A stretch of DNA of 64,000 bases, taken from contig JALVSY010000016.1 of NCBI GenBank assembly GCA_027036135.1, positions 96,001 to 160,000 on the forward strand. The letters run 5' to 3'. A program made the translations under genes and the position numbers. Under the pieces are notes generated by a model. The model saw only the letters and a list, made by a program, of their open reading frames with translations, did not search any database and was not told where the DNA came from. This DNA is from Pyrodictiaceae archaeon (lineage in GTDB: Archaea > Thermoproteota > Thermoprotei_A > Sulfolobales > Pyrodictiaceae). Of this stretch, positions 17,864-27,602 are shown in pieces. The stretch's first letter is position 1; every line of letters begins with the position of its first letter.

Positions 17864-19297
17864 TTATGCTTGAGCCTTGCTACGCAGATGAGCCCATATT
17901 CCGGCAATAACGCCTATAGTTATGAGCGAGGCTGCTCCTATCTCTACGTCGCGCTTTAGCTCCTCCACACTTGCACCAACGTATGGTAGCTTCTGGTAGA
18001 AGGGCTCAAAGGAGTCAGTGAATCCGGGCTCTGTACAGCCTATACAGACGCCTCCAGTCCTTGTTGGCCCGCCTACACCGTTCACCCATCCAACCTTGTT
18101 CCATGGGCAGTGGCTTATTGGGCCCTTGCAACCGACCGCGTAGAGACACTGTGCCGTGTTCTCGCCAGGATACTTCCTGAAGTCTCCGGCAGCATACCAT
18201 GCTGCTCTCGGGCACTGCTGGTGTGTTGTCTTGCCGAAAATGTACTTGGGTCTCCAGTACTGGTCTAGCTCTGGTAGGGGTAGCTTACCTAGAGCCCATA
18301 GTATCAGGTTGGCTATTACTCTTAGCTGGCCGTTACCGTTAGCCGGGCATCCCGGAACCGCTACTGCTGGGCGGCAATCGCTCCTTATCTCGCCTGGTGC
18401 TAGCTTGCAGCCTCCGTAGACGAATTTGCGGAAGGGAGCCGCTTCTGGCACTAGGTCTACGAAGCCCTTGAAGTGCCTCCTCTTGTCGGGGAAGAAGCCG
18501 ACCGCACCGGTTGGGCTGTAGCTCCAGCCCTTGCTGCCCCACTTCTCAAACAAGTCGTAACCCATCTTCTTCATAAAGTCTTTTTCAATAACCCTATCAG
18601 CTATTAGGCCACCATAGCAAGCACAATTACCAACAGATATTACTGCTACAGCGTTCTTCAAGAGTCTCCTTATCCACTCAGCACAGCTAATGGGTTTCCC
18701 GTTCTCCTCTCCTATGTAGCAGAAGTAGTCAACTGAGTCGGGTACATTGGTTACTCCGTGCTCTCTTAGTATCTTGCTATCAACTGATATACTTCCCTCG
18801 ATTACGAGTACGTATGGGTTAAGCTTGCCAGCTTCAGCCATTTCTAGTATATCTATCGGACTGGTTAGGAGTATGCCGGGGTTGTAGCCGAGTTTTAGGA
18901 AGGTTTCGAGAGTCTTCCTTAGCGGGTCATTTTGCGGCAGGCTCTGGACGAATTTTTGTAGCTGTTCAGGGCTCATCTTTAGGAACTGTTCTGCATAGCT
19001 GGGTGTCTTTTCACCCCAGCTGAGCATCACCGTCTCATGGTATACTAGCTTAACGGTGCCAGGACCAACTACGGAACTCATACCTCCTAGAATAGCTACA
19101 AGATCCGGGTCGGTTGCCTGTATTAGTGCGGTGGTATTGCCGGCGCAGTCCTGTGCCTCGAACCATATTATGTTAATGCTGCCCTTCTTGACGGCATCCA
19201 TTGCTGCCTTTACTACCTTGCCCCAGTCGAGAGTAGCGAAGAACGCCGTTGTGCCTGCTAGTTTTAGGAATTCTCTCCTAGAGAGTTTGAGACTCAT
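17864..19297 (-). CDS. hynS: [NiFe]-hydrogenase small subunit with Tat signal and C-terminal anchor
   Basis: ATG at 19297 after a GGGGTG RBS. SRREFLK Tat motif, CAGN, GNCACYGG, PGCP, HQQCPR, CLYAVGCKGP and CIGC motifs, C-terminal TM helix. Confidence 0.95.
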   Translation of the reverse strand: MSLKLSRREFLKLAGTTAFFATLDWGKVVKAAMDAVKKGSINIIWFEAQDCAGNTTALIQATDPDLVAILGGMSSVVGPGTVKLVYHETVMLSWGEKTPSYAEQFLKMSPEQLQKFVQSLPQNDPLRKTLETFLKLGYNPGILLTSPIDILEMAEAGKLNPYVLVIEGSISVDSKILREHGVTNVPDSVDYFCYIGEENGKPISCAEWIRRLLKNAVAVISVGNCACYGGLIADRVIEKDFMKKMGYDLFEKWGSKGWSYSPTGAVGFFPDKRRHFKGFVDLVPEAAPFRKFVYGGCKLAPGEIRSDCRPAVAVPGCPANGNGQLRVIANLILWALGKLPLPELDQYWRPKYIFGKTTHQQCPRAAWYAAGDFRKYPGENTAQCLYAVGCKGPISHCPWNKVGWVNGVGGPTRTGGVCIGCTEPGFTDSFEPFYQKLPYVGASVEELKRDVEIGAASLITIGVIAGIWAHLRSKAQA

Positions 19298-19697
19298 CCT
19301 GGTGCACCCCGCATGGAGAGATAGTGCACATTGTGGCGGTCTACTTGTATTTCTTTTGTACACCCTAACATTCTCGGTAGATAATTGCTTACGTGACACG
19401 GTTAAAAACCTATCTACTGGAAACGAAAAGATTCTAATACAGTTCTTTAACACTGTAAAAAAGTGCCGTATCTACATGGATTCTTATTACGATTCTACGA
19501 CCTTTCACGCCGTTTAAATAAAAGTTAATCAAATGCTTTCTTATACTTCATTTTTATTATATATATGCATAATTTTTATTTAAGATATTTACGAAAATAT
19601 ATAAATAAAGGGCTTAGCTCAAATAAATCATCGAAACCATGTACTAAATACCTGTATATACCTCGGAGCCCAATATAAGACATTAATACCGTGGAGA

Positions 19698-20093
19698 GTG
19701 GATAAGGATATGAGTAGCAATGCCCCTAACCTAGAGAAGTGTGACCCACGAGACATCATAGACAAGGTTACACGCGCCCTTCAGAGCCCGGAGTGGAATA
19801 AGTGGTTAAACGAGACTATGCAAGCCTTTGCAGCAGCACTAACGGGTGTTGCTGAGCGGAGAATGAATGACGCGGTTGCCGCGTTGTTTTTAGCACAAGT
19901 TGGTAGTAGTAGTTATGCAGCAGCACGCATGCTTGGCAAGTCCCCCGAGGAAGCCCTTGAGGAAGCTCAGCAAGACCTCTGTAGAATATACACTGCTGCT
20001 CTATGGTTTCTAAGAGAGAGCTTTGAGGCAGGCACTCTCGAAGAGAACTATAAGAACGCACTATCAATGCTAAGTAAGCCCGAGAAGAAGTAG
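19698..20093 (+). CDS. Hypothetical helical protein in the hydrogenase cluster
   Basis: 131-aa ORF divergent from hynS. Confidence 0.6.
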   Translation: MDKDMSSNAPNLEKCDPRDIIDKVTRALQSPEWNKWLNETMQAFAAALTGVAERRMNDAVAALFLAQVGSSSYAAARMLGKSPEEALEEAQQDLCRIYTAALWFLRESFEAGTLEENYKNALSMLSKPEKK

Positions 20094-20142
20094 TCTCTAT
20101 ACCATTATTGTTTTCTTCAAGTATTCTAGTAGGGCTCGCTCG

Positions 20143-20544
20143 GTGATATCTTTGCCGAGCGTTAATGAAGAAAGGAGGAAGGCACTCATAGAGGCTCTTA
20201 GGGAGGTGGCTAGGCTAGCTGGTAGCGTTAATCGATTCGTTGAAGAGGTTAAGGAGGAATTCTTGGAGAGTATCGAGACCGCTATTGGTTATCCTCTCCG
20301 CCCGGAAAAGAGAGCCCTATTGGAGCTGTATAAGCTTAAGCGTATTAATGCCGAGAGCCCCGGAGAGCTTAAGAAGCTTATAGCCCGTTATATGGGGTTA
20401 GAGGACGGGGTGGATATTGTTGGATACCTCCGCTCGCTTGGTAGCAATAGTGCCGGACACCATGGAGAAAGGGGGCCAGGATCTACTATCAATGGTTCTG
20501 AGGCTCAAGGACGAGAAGAGAATAGGGAAATGCATAGTTCTTGA
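20143..20544 (+). CDS. Hypothetical protein
   Basis: 133-aa ORF whose last 128 nt overlap the next gene. Confidence 0.5.
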   Translation: MISLPSVNEERRKALIEALREVARLAGSVNRFVEEVKEEFLESIETAIGYPLRPEKRALLELYKLKRINAESPGELKKLIARYMGLEDGVDIVGYLRSLGSNSAGHHGERGPGSTINGSEAQGREENREMHSS

Positions 20545-20872
20545 AGCCGATATGGATGCCCTAGCCCTGCTAGACGAGCTCAAGAGACTTAACGCCGACA
20601 CATTAGTAGTGCTCGGACCTCTTCACCGCGAAGGCCGGAGGAGAGGGGTCTATGTCTCCGAAGTGAAGCCCGAGAAAGGCCCAGAGAATCCCTCGAGGCT
20701 TGTAAAGGAGCTATGGGGGAACCTTACTGGTAGCCTGCGGCTAGAGGACTATGTGGCTGCACTCCGCATACTCTATGACCGTGTTTTCTATGTTGCTGAG
20801 TGCGAGCCCGGCGAGGAGAGTAGGTGTAGCGATGTTGTTGAGAAGTGGCTCAGGGAGTACTGTGAGGCCTAG
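20417..20872 (+). CDS. Hypothetical protein, possibly a degenerate maturation-protease fold
   Basis: GGGGTG RBS. DALALLDEL...DTLVVLG...G..GVY pattern echoes HybD/HycI topology, but no GNxxxxDDG. Confidence 0.55.
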   Translation: MLDTSARLVAIVPDTMEKGGQDLLSMVLRLKDEKRIGKCIVLEADMDALALLDELKRLNADTLVVLGPLHREGRRRGVYVSEVKPEKGPENPSRLVKELWGNLTGSLRLEDYVAALRILYDRVFYVAECEPGEESRCSDVVEKWLREYCEA

Positions 20873-21419
20873 GGTACTTGTATTTGGTATGGGGAACACC
20901 TTCTACGGGGACGACGGGATAGGTTATTGCCTAGCCAAGGCGCTGAGGGAATGTGCTAGCCTGGAGGGAGTTGAGCTAGTCTCCATACAAGCGCTTAACC
21001 CCGGTCACAGCAGCCTCCTCGAGGGCTATGATCACGTAGTCTTCATAGATGCTCTTGTCGATCCAGAAGCTCCTCAAGATGCAGAAATAATTGTGCATGA
21101 GCTGGATCCGTCAAAGCTAGACTCGGCTGACATAGTCCTAGCTATAGAGGGTATAGAGCCGCACAGCCTCGACCCATTAAAGCTACTGGTCTTAGCGAGG
21201 GCTGCTAACCTGTTTCACGGCAAGGGCTACCTCATAGGGATAAGGCCTGAGAGAATAGAGTTCAACAAACCATTGTCGCAAAATGTTATCAAAAGGGGGA
21301 TGAAGGCGGTCACTAAGCTAGAAGAGATTATGAATAAACTCGGCCTCAGACCGAGAATAGACTATGGATGCGTTGAGGGGTTTCTGCGGAGCAGGTGCCG
21401 CGGCCCATTACTTGACTAG
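20862..21419 (+). CDS. Hydrogenase maturation endopeptidase (HybD/HycI family)
   Basis: VLVFGMGNTFYGDDGIG, VVFIDA and PH motifs. Likely GTG start at 20862 (ORF track starts at 20751). Confidence 0.92.
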   Translation: MRPRVLVFGMGNTFYGDDGIGYCLAKALRECASLEGVELVSIQALNPGHSSLLEGYDHVVFIDALVDPEAPQDAEIIVHELDPSKLDSADIVLAIEGIEPHSLDPLKLLVLARAANLFHGKGYLIGIRPERIEFNKPLSQNVIKRGMKAVTKLEEIMNKLGLRPRIDYGCVEGFLRSRCRGPLLD

Positions 21420-23743
21420 TGTCGCGGCTTCTCAAGCTCATCGATGCGGGCAGCTGCAACCATGATTTGTCCGACAGCCACTCCGCCGTCTCCAGGCGGC
21501 AACTTTCTCTGCAAGAGAAGCTCTAAGCCATGCCTGCGTAGAGCTTGTCTTATTCCCTGGACTATGTATGTATTTACTGCTGCTCCACCAGTAACGAGTA
21601 CTTGTGGCTCAGTGTTCTTCGCTAGCCTTGCTGCCGCCTCTCCCATTGCTCTACCAAGGGCTTTCTGAAGAGTCATAGCCATGTCCATTAACTGGTATTT
21701 TTCAATATTTTCCAGAACCCATCCTAGGAGGCGCCGAGTATCAACTACTAGTCTCCCATCGAGCATTATTAGCGGCGGTGTGTATCCCAGGTCTCTGCCC
21801 CCTCTCGCCGCTGCTTCTAGCCTCATAGCCGGCTCACCCTCGTAGCCACGGTGCCACGAGACGCCGAGGAGTGCTGAGAAGGAGTCAAGTGTCCTACCCA
21901 TACTGGTTGTTAGCGGTGAGCCCCTACCTGCTTGGCGATAAGCTATGCGTGCCTCTAGCTCGCCGTGAGGAAGCTTATCCCTGCTAAGCAGCCCCCTGCT
22001 CGAGAGCAGCTCTATTACCTCTTCCTCGCTGTACCCGCTTGCCCTCATCAAGCCGATGAGGGCCCTTACTGGCCACTCTACGGCACGCTCTCCCCCGGGT
22101 AGTGTGAATGGGTATAGGCTCGCCCCTCTGGTGAAGTCCTCGTAGCTCGCTACGAGGACCTCGCCGCCCCAGACGGTGCCGTCAAGCCCATACCCCGTGC
22201 CATCGATTGTTATTGCTACTCGCTTCTCCCCAGGACCTATCCCGTGCTCGGCCATGGCGCTAGCAGCGTGCGCATGGTGATGCTGAACCTCGACTAGTTC
22301 GGCGCCATACTCTTCTGCCAGGCGAGCCGCGAGCCCCCTGTTATGGTATCCCGGGTGCATGTCGAGAGCAATGAATCTTGGCCGTAGCCCGTAGACTCTT
22401 ATGAACCATCTAAGCTCTTTCTCTAGGTCCTCGACCTGGCCTGGCTCATCCATGTCGCCGATGAACTGGGTGGGTACGACCTTGTCCTCGAACGATACTG
22501 CTCCCGCCGATTGTAGCTCAGCGCCGACAGCTACCCCCTCCGGCAGCTCTGTGTTGACGCGTATCCATGCAGGTGCGTAGCCTCTCGCGCGGCGCAGGAA
22601 GACTAGCTCTCCATCAGTGTAGCGTAGCACGCTGTCATCTACTCGGTGGACTATCTCCCTCTCATGAGTAATCACGTAATCCGCTATGCTAGCTAGATGA
22701 GTAAAGACGCACTCTATGTCTGTACACATCGGGTACCCTGTCTCGTTGCCACTCGTCATTATTAGGAAGCCATCGCTTAGCTCCTCTAGCAACATTACCT
22801 GGAACCCGGTATACGGCAACATTACCCCAATGGTATCCAGCCCGGGTGCCACTAGCTCAGATACCGGGGAGCCGCTGCGCTTTGGTAGGAGCAGTATAGG
22901 TCTCTCAGCGCTACGCAAGACAGCACAGGCACCGGGCGGTGGCTCAGCTATCTTCTCTACGACGCTGCAATCCCTTGCCATGAGCGCGAATGGCTTGGTA
23001 GGCCTCCTCTTCCTCCGACGAAGCTCTGCTACCACGTCATCGCGGCTAGCGAGCGCGGCAAGGTGATAGCCTCCGACACCCTTTATAGCAAGTATGTAGC
23101 CCTCCTCTATGCGCCTAGCAGCCCACCTAACCGGGTCATCAACCTCTATGACTCGGCCACTCATGTCATAGACTATTGTTCTCGGGCCACAATGCTTACA
23201 GCTAATTCCCTGAGCGTGGAACCGCCTGATGTTCTCCGGGTCCTCGTAGTCATGCCTACAATCAAGACATAGGGGGAAGCCCCTCATCGATGTATTCTCT
23301 CTATCATAGGGGACATCATACATCATCGAGAATCTTGGCCCGCACCAAGCACAGCTATTCCACGGGTAGCGATAATAGCGAGTAGACGGGTCATGAATCT
23401 CCCTTACACAATGCGGACAAATGCCGAAATCTGGTGGTATCATACTCCTCTTGCTCTTTCTCTTCTCGCTCCGCTTTATCATGAAGCGCTCATAGCCCCT
23501 TGGAGAGGTCTCCTCTACTTCGAGTTCCTCGATCCTAGCTGGGGGCGGCTTCTCCTCGTAGAGCCCTTTGAGAAAGCTCTCGAGCTGCTCCGGGTCTCCC
23601 TCTATCCATATCTCGACCTCGCTACCGCCGAGATTGATGACGTAGCCGCTTAGCTTCCTAGAGACAGCTAGTCTATAGACGAAGGGGCGGAACCCAACAC
23701 CTTGCACTATGCCAGTGACTCTTAGCCGAATCGCCTTCCTCAA
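21416..23743 (-). CDS. hypF: Carbamoyltransferase HypF
   Basis: Acylphosphatase GIVQGVGFRP, zinc fingers, RRFHAQ, HHHAH, DGTGYG and PPGDGG motifs. Confidence 0.97.
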   Translation of the reverse strand: MRKAIRLRVTGIVQGVGFRPFVYRLAVSRKLSGYVINLGGSEVEIWIEGDPEQLESFLKGLYEEKPPPARIEELEVEETSPRGYERFMIKRSEKRKSKRSMIPPDFGICPHCVREIHDPSTRYYRYPWNSCAWCGPRFSMMYDVPYDRENTSMRGFPLCLDCRHDYEDPENIRRFHAQGISCKHCGPRTIVYDMSGRVIEVDDPVRWAARRIEEGYILAIKGVGGYHLAALASRDDVVAELRRRKRRPTKPFALMARDCSVVEKIAEPPPGACAVLRSAERPILLLPKRSGSPVSELVAPGLDTIGVMLPYTGFQVMLLEELSDGFLIMTSGNETGYPMCTDIECVFTHLASIADYVITHEREIVHRVDDSVLRYTDGELVFLRRARGYAPAWIRVNTELPEGVAVGAELQSAGAVSFEDKVVPTQFIGDMDEPGQVEDLEKELRWFIRVYGLRPRFIALDMHPGYHNRGLAARLAEEYGAELVEVQHHHAHAASAMAEHGIGPGEKRVAITIDGTGYGLDGTVWGGEVLVASYEDFTRGASLYPFTLPGGERAVEWPVRALIGLMRASGYSEEEVIELLSSRGLLSRDKLPHGELEARIAYRQAGRGSPLTTSMGRTLDSFSALLGVSWHRGYEGEPAMRLEAAARGGRDLGYTPPLIMLDGRLVVDTRRLLGWVLENIEKYQLMDMAMTLQKALGRAMGEAAARLAKNTEPQVLVTGGAAVNTYIVQGIRQALRRHGLELLLQRKLPPGDGGVAVGQIMVAAARIDELEKPRH

Positions 23744-23897
23744 CTCATAAGCACCGTAGAGTCTTCAAAGAGCATAGGAGTACTTGTTTCAACTCCACGT
23801 TAGGATGTATGTTAATAACAAAAAGGAGGAGTATTGTTGCTCCTTCTAGTAGAGATGGAATACGCTTCGAAGCCGCTACGCTGCCTCTGCCGATTCG

Positions 23898-24959
23898 TTA
23901 GCATATGCGTGGCACTATTTCGCCGCTCGGCGGCTCGAGTATCCGTACTCCGCCCGTCACACTTCTCAACAATACTCTACCAACATGCCTCGGATCCTTG
24001 GCCTCGTATACCTGGCCTATTATGCTAGCCTCTTTGTAGCCAAGGCTATGGATATACTCTAGTATCTCCTCCGCCTTGTCTCCCTGCACTGCGAGTACTG
24101 CTGCTCCCTCGTTAGCTAGGCTAAGGGGATCCACTCCCAGCATCTCCGCGTATTCCTTCACTTGCGGCCTTATCGGTATTTTCTCTTCCTCTATCACTAT
24201 TACTGTCTTGGTTTTCTCTGCCCAGTCATTGACCAGCATTGCTATGCCTCCACGGGTCGGGTCGCCTGCTCCATGTATATAGGGACGGTACTTCTCTAGG
24301 AGTGGGAGCATGAGGCTTGTTAGGGGCTTTACATCGCTCTCAACGTCGAACTTTACTCCTATTGATTGCTGTGCAGCCAGTATTGCTGCCCCGTGATCGC
24401 CTACGTACCCTGTCACGATTATCTTGTCCCCGGGTTTTATCTCGCGGTCATCAATAGGTTTCCCCTCTACTATCCCTATACCGGTCGAGGCTATTACTAT
24501 CCCGTCTACTTGGCCCTTCGGCATGACCTTGAAGTCCCCACCTATTATTGCTACATCGTTGCTAGTGAGTGTTGAGACATAGCTATCTATGATCTTCTTT
24601 AGCTGCTCCGTGGGAAACCCTTCCTCAGCTATTATCGCGTCGAGAGCAGCCACGGGCTTGGCGCCAACCATTAGGAGGTCGTTTATAGTGCCGCTTGCAG
24701 CTAGTTTCCCTATGTTGCCCCCGGGGAAGAATATCGGCTTAACAGTATAGGAGTCAATGGTGACTGCTATGTACTTGTCCCGGGCTATGGGGATGAGTGC
24801 TGAGTCGTCCAGCGCGTCTAGCCCTGTCCCGCCCTCAACTCTCCAGTACTTGGGCGGAACTGAGTCCACTATCAAGTGCTTAATCAAGTCTTCTGTTTCT
24901 TTTCCACCGGCGCCGTGAGCGAGTGTTAGTAGCCGCCAGAGCCTCACATACCAAGTCAC
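23898..24959 (-). CDS. hypE: Carbamoyl dehydratase HypE
   Basis: AHGAGG, DPTRGG, ANEG and C-terminal PRIC. Confidence 0.97.
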   Translation of the reverse strand: MTWYVRLWRLLTLAHGAGGKETEDLIKHLIVDSVPPKYWRVEGGTGLDALDDSALIPIARDKYIAVTIDSYTVKPIFFPGGNIGKLAASGTINDLLMVGAKPVAALDAIIAEEGFPTEQLKKIIDSYVSTLTSNDVAIIGGDFKVMPKGQVDGIVIASTGIGIVEGKPIDDREIKPGDKIIVTGYVGDHGAAILAAQQSIGVKFDVESDVKPLTSLMLPLLEKYRPYIHGAGDPTRGGIAMLVNDWAEKTKTVIVIEEEKIPIRPQVKEYAEMLGVDPLSLANEGAAVLAVQGDKAEEILEYIHSLGYKEASIIGQVYEAKDPRHVGRVLLRSVTGGVRILEPPSGEIVPRIC

Positions 24960-25234
24960 TTAGTCTCACCCTTCTCTGACCCGATGTATTCGAAGAGCTG
25001 GCTAGCCTTTGTCTCAAGATCCTCTATGAACTCGTTTATCGCCTTAACTAGCTCTTCTGCGCGCTCCGGCTTAAGCTTCTCAATAATGATGCCAGCATGT
25101 ACTATGACTATGTCGCCTGGCTTAAGGTCCTCGTAGGCACCGCCATAGACTTCGCGTAGAACACCGTCACCGAAATCAACTAGTACGATGTCGCCTTTTA
25201 CCTCTTTTACCTCGGCCGGGATACCTAGGCACAT
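24956..25234 (-). CDS. hypC: HypC chaperone
   Basis: MCLGIP N-terminus and VIVHAG. Confidence 0.96.
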   Translation of the reverse strand: MCLGIPAEVKEVKGDIVLVDFGDGVLREVYGGAYEDLKPGDIVIVHAGIIIEKLKPERAEELVKAINEFIEDLETKASQLFEYIGSEKGETK

Positions 25235-25302
25235 ATCTTTGACCCCTCCTATTCACTTACCTATTGCACTTAATCTGGGCCTCGTCTAAAAAGCTAGAGA
25301 GA

Positions 25303-26541
25303 CTAGACGATTCCAAGGCTCTTTGCTATATCCTCTGCGAGTCCCCCGCCACCGAACCTTGCCCATACAGCACATGTGCCTTCACTGCTAACCATGCACG
25401 GCCCGTAGGGTGTGCCCGGTGTACAAGTCTTCATGAAGTGTGGACAATCAGTTGGCTTGGCTAATCCCAGAGTTACCTCAGCGCATTTACACCCTGGTGG
25501 CAGGTCATATTTCCATTCCTCGGGGCTTAGCTCCTTTATGCCATACTGGTGAAGAGCATCAACCGCTCTATACTTCTCGCGGAAGGCTAGCCCGCTCTCT
25601 GGCACGAAGCCTATGCCGCGCCAAGCTGCATCAACTACTTCGCAGCACTCGCTTATCTGCCGCTGCGCAATAACATTCCCTTCCCACGTGACCACACGCG
25701 TATACTCATTTACTAGCCGTGGCTTACCCTCCACGTGTTGTCGCAATATCTCGAGAATGGCTAGCAATATATCGATAGGTTCAAAGCCGGCAACAACAGT
25801 AGGTATACCGTAATCATCTACAACGAATCTCCATGCACGAGCACCAACAATTGTAGAGACGTGGCCTGGTGCAATAACCCCCCTTATAGGGTTATCGCGA
25901 TGATTCTCGAACGTATACTTCATTATTGGGGGTGTTAGGCGGTGAACATTGATTATCGTGAGGTTCCTTGGCACATGACCCTTAACGACAGGAGAGGCGG
26001 TTGAGGGAGCTGTGGTCTCGAAACCTACCGCGAAGAAGACACTCTCCTTGCCATCCTCTCTTGCCATACGTATAGCGTCAAGAATACCGTAAACAACGAC
26101 AACGTTGCCTCCAGCAGCCCTGGCCTCCTCGAGGCTACGTATATCCTTGCCCCGTTTACCGGAGCCAGGAAGCTTATATGCATCACCAAAAGTGAACACT
26201 CTTATACCCTCAAGGCTCAGCTTTATAGCAACATCAACATAGTATGCTGGCGTGATACAAACCGGGCAACCAGGACCCGCTACGAGCTCGATCTCTGGTG
26301 GCATTAGGCTACGGAGACCAAAGTGAGTAATAGTATACTCATGGGTGCCACAGAAATCCATTATCTTTATCGGTGACTGCCCAGTTTTCTCCACAGCATT
26401 TGGAGCTAGCTCGTGTATTTTCTTAACAATCTTCCTAGCGTACTCGTTTCTCCGCAGGAACTCCTCGAGCCTCTTGATAAGCTCTGCTCCGCCTTGCTGC
26501 AAGATTAGTGCACCACTCCACTTAGCCCGGAGCACCGGCAA
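25303..26541 (-). CDS. hypD: HypD
   Basis: CGTHE, GPGCPVC, GFETT, PGHVS and CMVSSEGTC motifs. True start may be slightly downstream. Confidence 0.97.
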   Translation of the reverse strand: MPVLRAKWSGALILQQGGAELIKRLEEFLRRNEYARKIVKKIHELAPNAVEKTGQSPIKIMDFCGTHEYTITHFGLRSLMPPEIELVAGPGCPVCITPAYYVDVAIKLSLEGIRVFTFGDAYKLPGSGKRGKDIRSLEEARAAGGNVVVVYGILDAIRMAREDGKESVFFAVGFETTAPSTASPVVKGHVPRNLTIINVHRLTPPIMKYTFENHRDNPIRGVIAPGHVSTIVGARAWRFVVDDYGIPTVVAGFEPIDILLAILEILRQHVEGKPRLVNEYTRVVTWEGNVIAQRQISECCEVVDAAWRGIGFVPESGLAFREKYRAVDALHQYGIKELSPEEWKYDLPPGCKCAEVTLGLAKPTDCPHFMKTCTPGTPYGPCMVSSEGTCAVWARFGGGGLAEDIAKSLGIV

Positions 26542-26578
26542 CTAGGGGTACAAGAATTTTTTGTAATGCCTTCTATCT

Positions 26579-27517
26579 CTATACTTTTACACTCACTTGC
26601 AGAGGCTCTGTTGTAAGCCTTAACGAATAGAAACGCCTATCTAGGATGCCTGCTAGGCGCTTCATTATTGCCTGCTTATTCTCCATCCCCGGTACCATGA
26701 TAAGAACCCTTTTTTTCAGATACCATCCCCGAAGAGCGCCCTCCTCGACTAACCGATCAAGAATACCTGCTAGCTTATCTTCGGCCATCCCGGTATCTAC
26801 GCTAAAGCCGCGGGCCTCCTGCAGAAAAGCCTCGAGCCCCGGCCTGGATAGAAGCCGTGCAAGTCTGGGCGATGCAGCCTCGTAGAGCCTCTTCCCGAGA
26901 ACCTTATGCATTTCTCTAGTCTCCATGGAGCCTAGAACTGCTGCGAGGATCTCTAAGCGTGGCACGGGGTAGCTCTCTACACTTGCTATCCCAGGCCCGC
27001 CGGGCGCCACGCGTATCTCTAGACCACGTCCATGGAGCATTGCTACTACGTCTCCTAGACCTGTCTCGGCCCTAATTTCGGCCTCATGCGCGATACTAGC
27101 AGACTCTAGTAGGCCCATTCCGCTGAGAAGACCGGCGCCAAGGGCTATGCCGAGGGCTATGCCAGCGGAGACAGCGAAACCGGCGCCGAGTGGGACCGGG
27201 GAGGATATGCGTATATGCGCGGGCGTAGCGCTGTTCATTAGGTTAAGGGTTTCAGAGGCTATGCTCGGCAAGCCGCTTAGCTGCTTACCCTCCACGGTTA
27301 TGTCGATGCGCCACTCCTTTGCCGGTACAGCCTCTACCTCGATGCCCGGCTCCATTAATAACCCGGCACCCAGGCTACCCGATAGAAGCGGACTATGCCT
27401 CCAGACTGGTATCCAGAGCCCCGTAACGTGCAACGGGATCCATAGCTTGACGCGCTTTACCAAGCAGTATTCCCGGAATACGTTATCCATCCTCCCAAAA
27501 GAATTATTGTTAATCAT
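26579..27517 (-). CDS. pok: Pantoate kinase (GHMP kinase family)
   Basis: PLHVTG, GSLGAG, PVPLGAGFAVS and AHEAEI..TGLGDV motifs. Divergent from coaBC. True start likely near 27463. Confidence 0.85.
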   Translation of the reverse strand: MINNNSFGRMDNVFREYCLVKRVKLWIPLHVTGLWIPVWRHSPLLSGSLGAGLLMEPGIEVEAVPAKEWRIDITVEGKQLSGLPSIASETLNLMNSATPAHIRISSPVPLGAGFAVSAGIALGIALGAGLLSGMGLLESASIAHEAEIRAETGLGDVVAMLHGRGLEIRVAPGGPGIASVESYPVPRLEILAAVLGSMETREMHKVLGKRLYEAASPRLARLLSRPGLEAFLQEARGFSVDTGMAEDKLAGILDRLVEEGALRGWYLKKRVLIMVPGMENKQAIMKRLAGILDRRFYSLRLTTEPLQVSVKV

Positions 27518-27602
27518 TGTATGGCTTCTCCCGGCTCTGTACGGGCTCCTTAATACCCGGCTAGGCCCCGTTCTATGAGCTGGGGGAAGGGTTTCTCCTA
27601 GG

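Noticed and set aside
19401-19409. SurR-like GTT-N3-AAC site in the hynS promoter region
   Set aside because: A single short match in AT-rich DNA, and SurR is characterised in Thermococcales.
19298-19453. N-terminal extension of hynS in the ORF track
   Set aside because: The Tat signal and RBS place the start at 19297.
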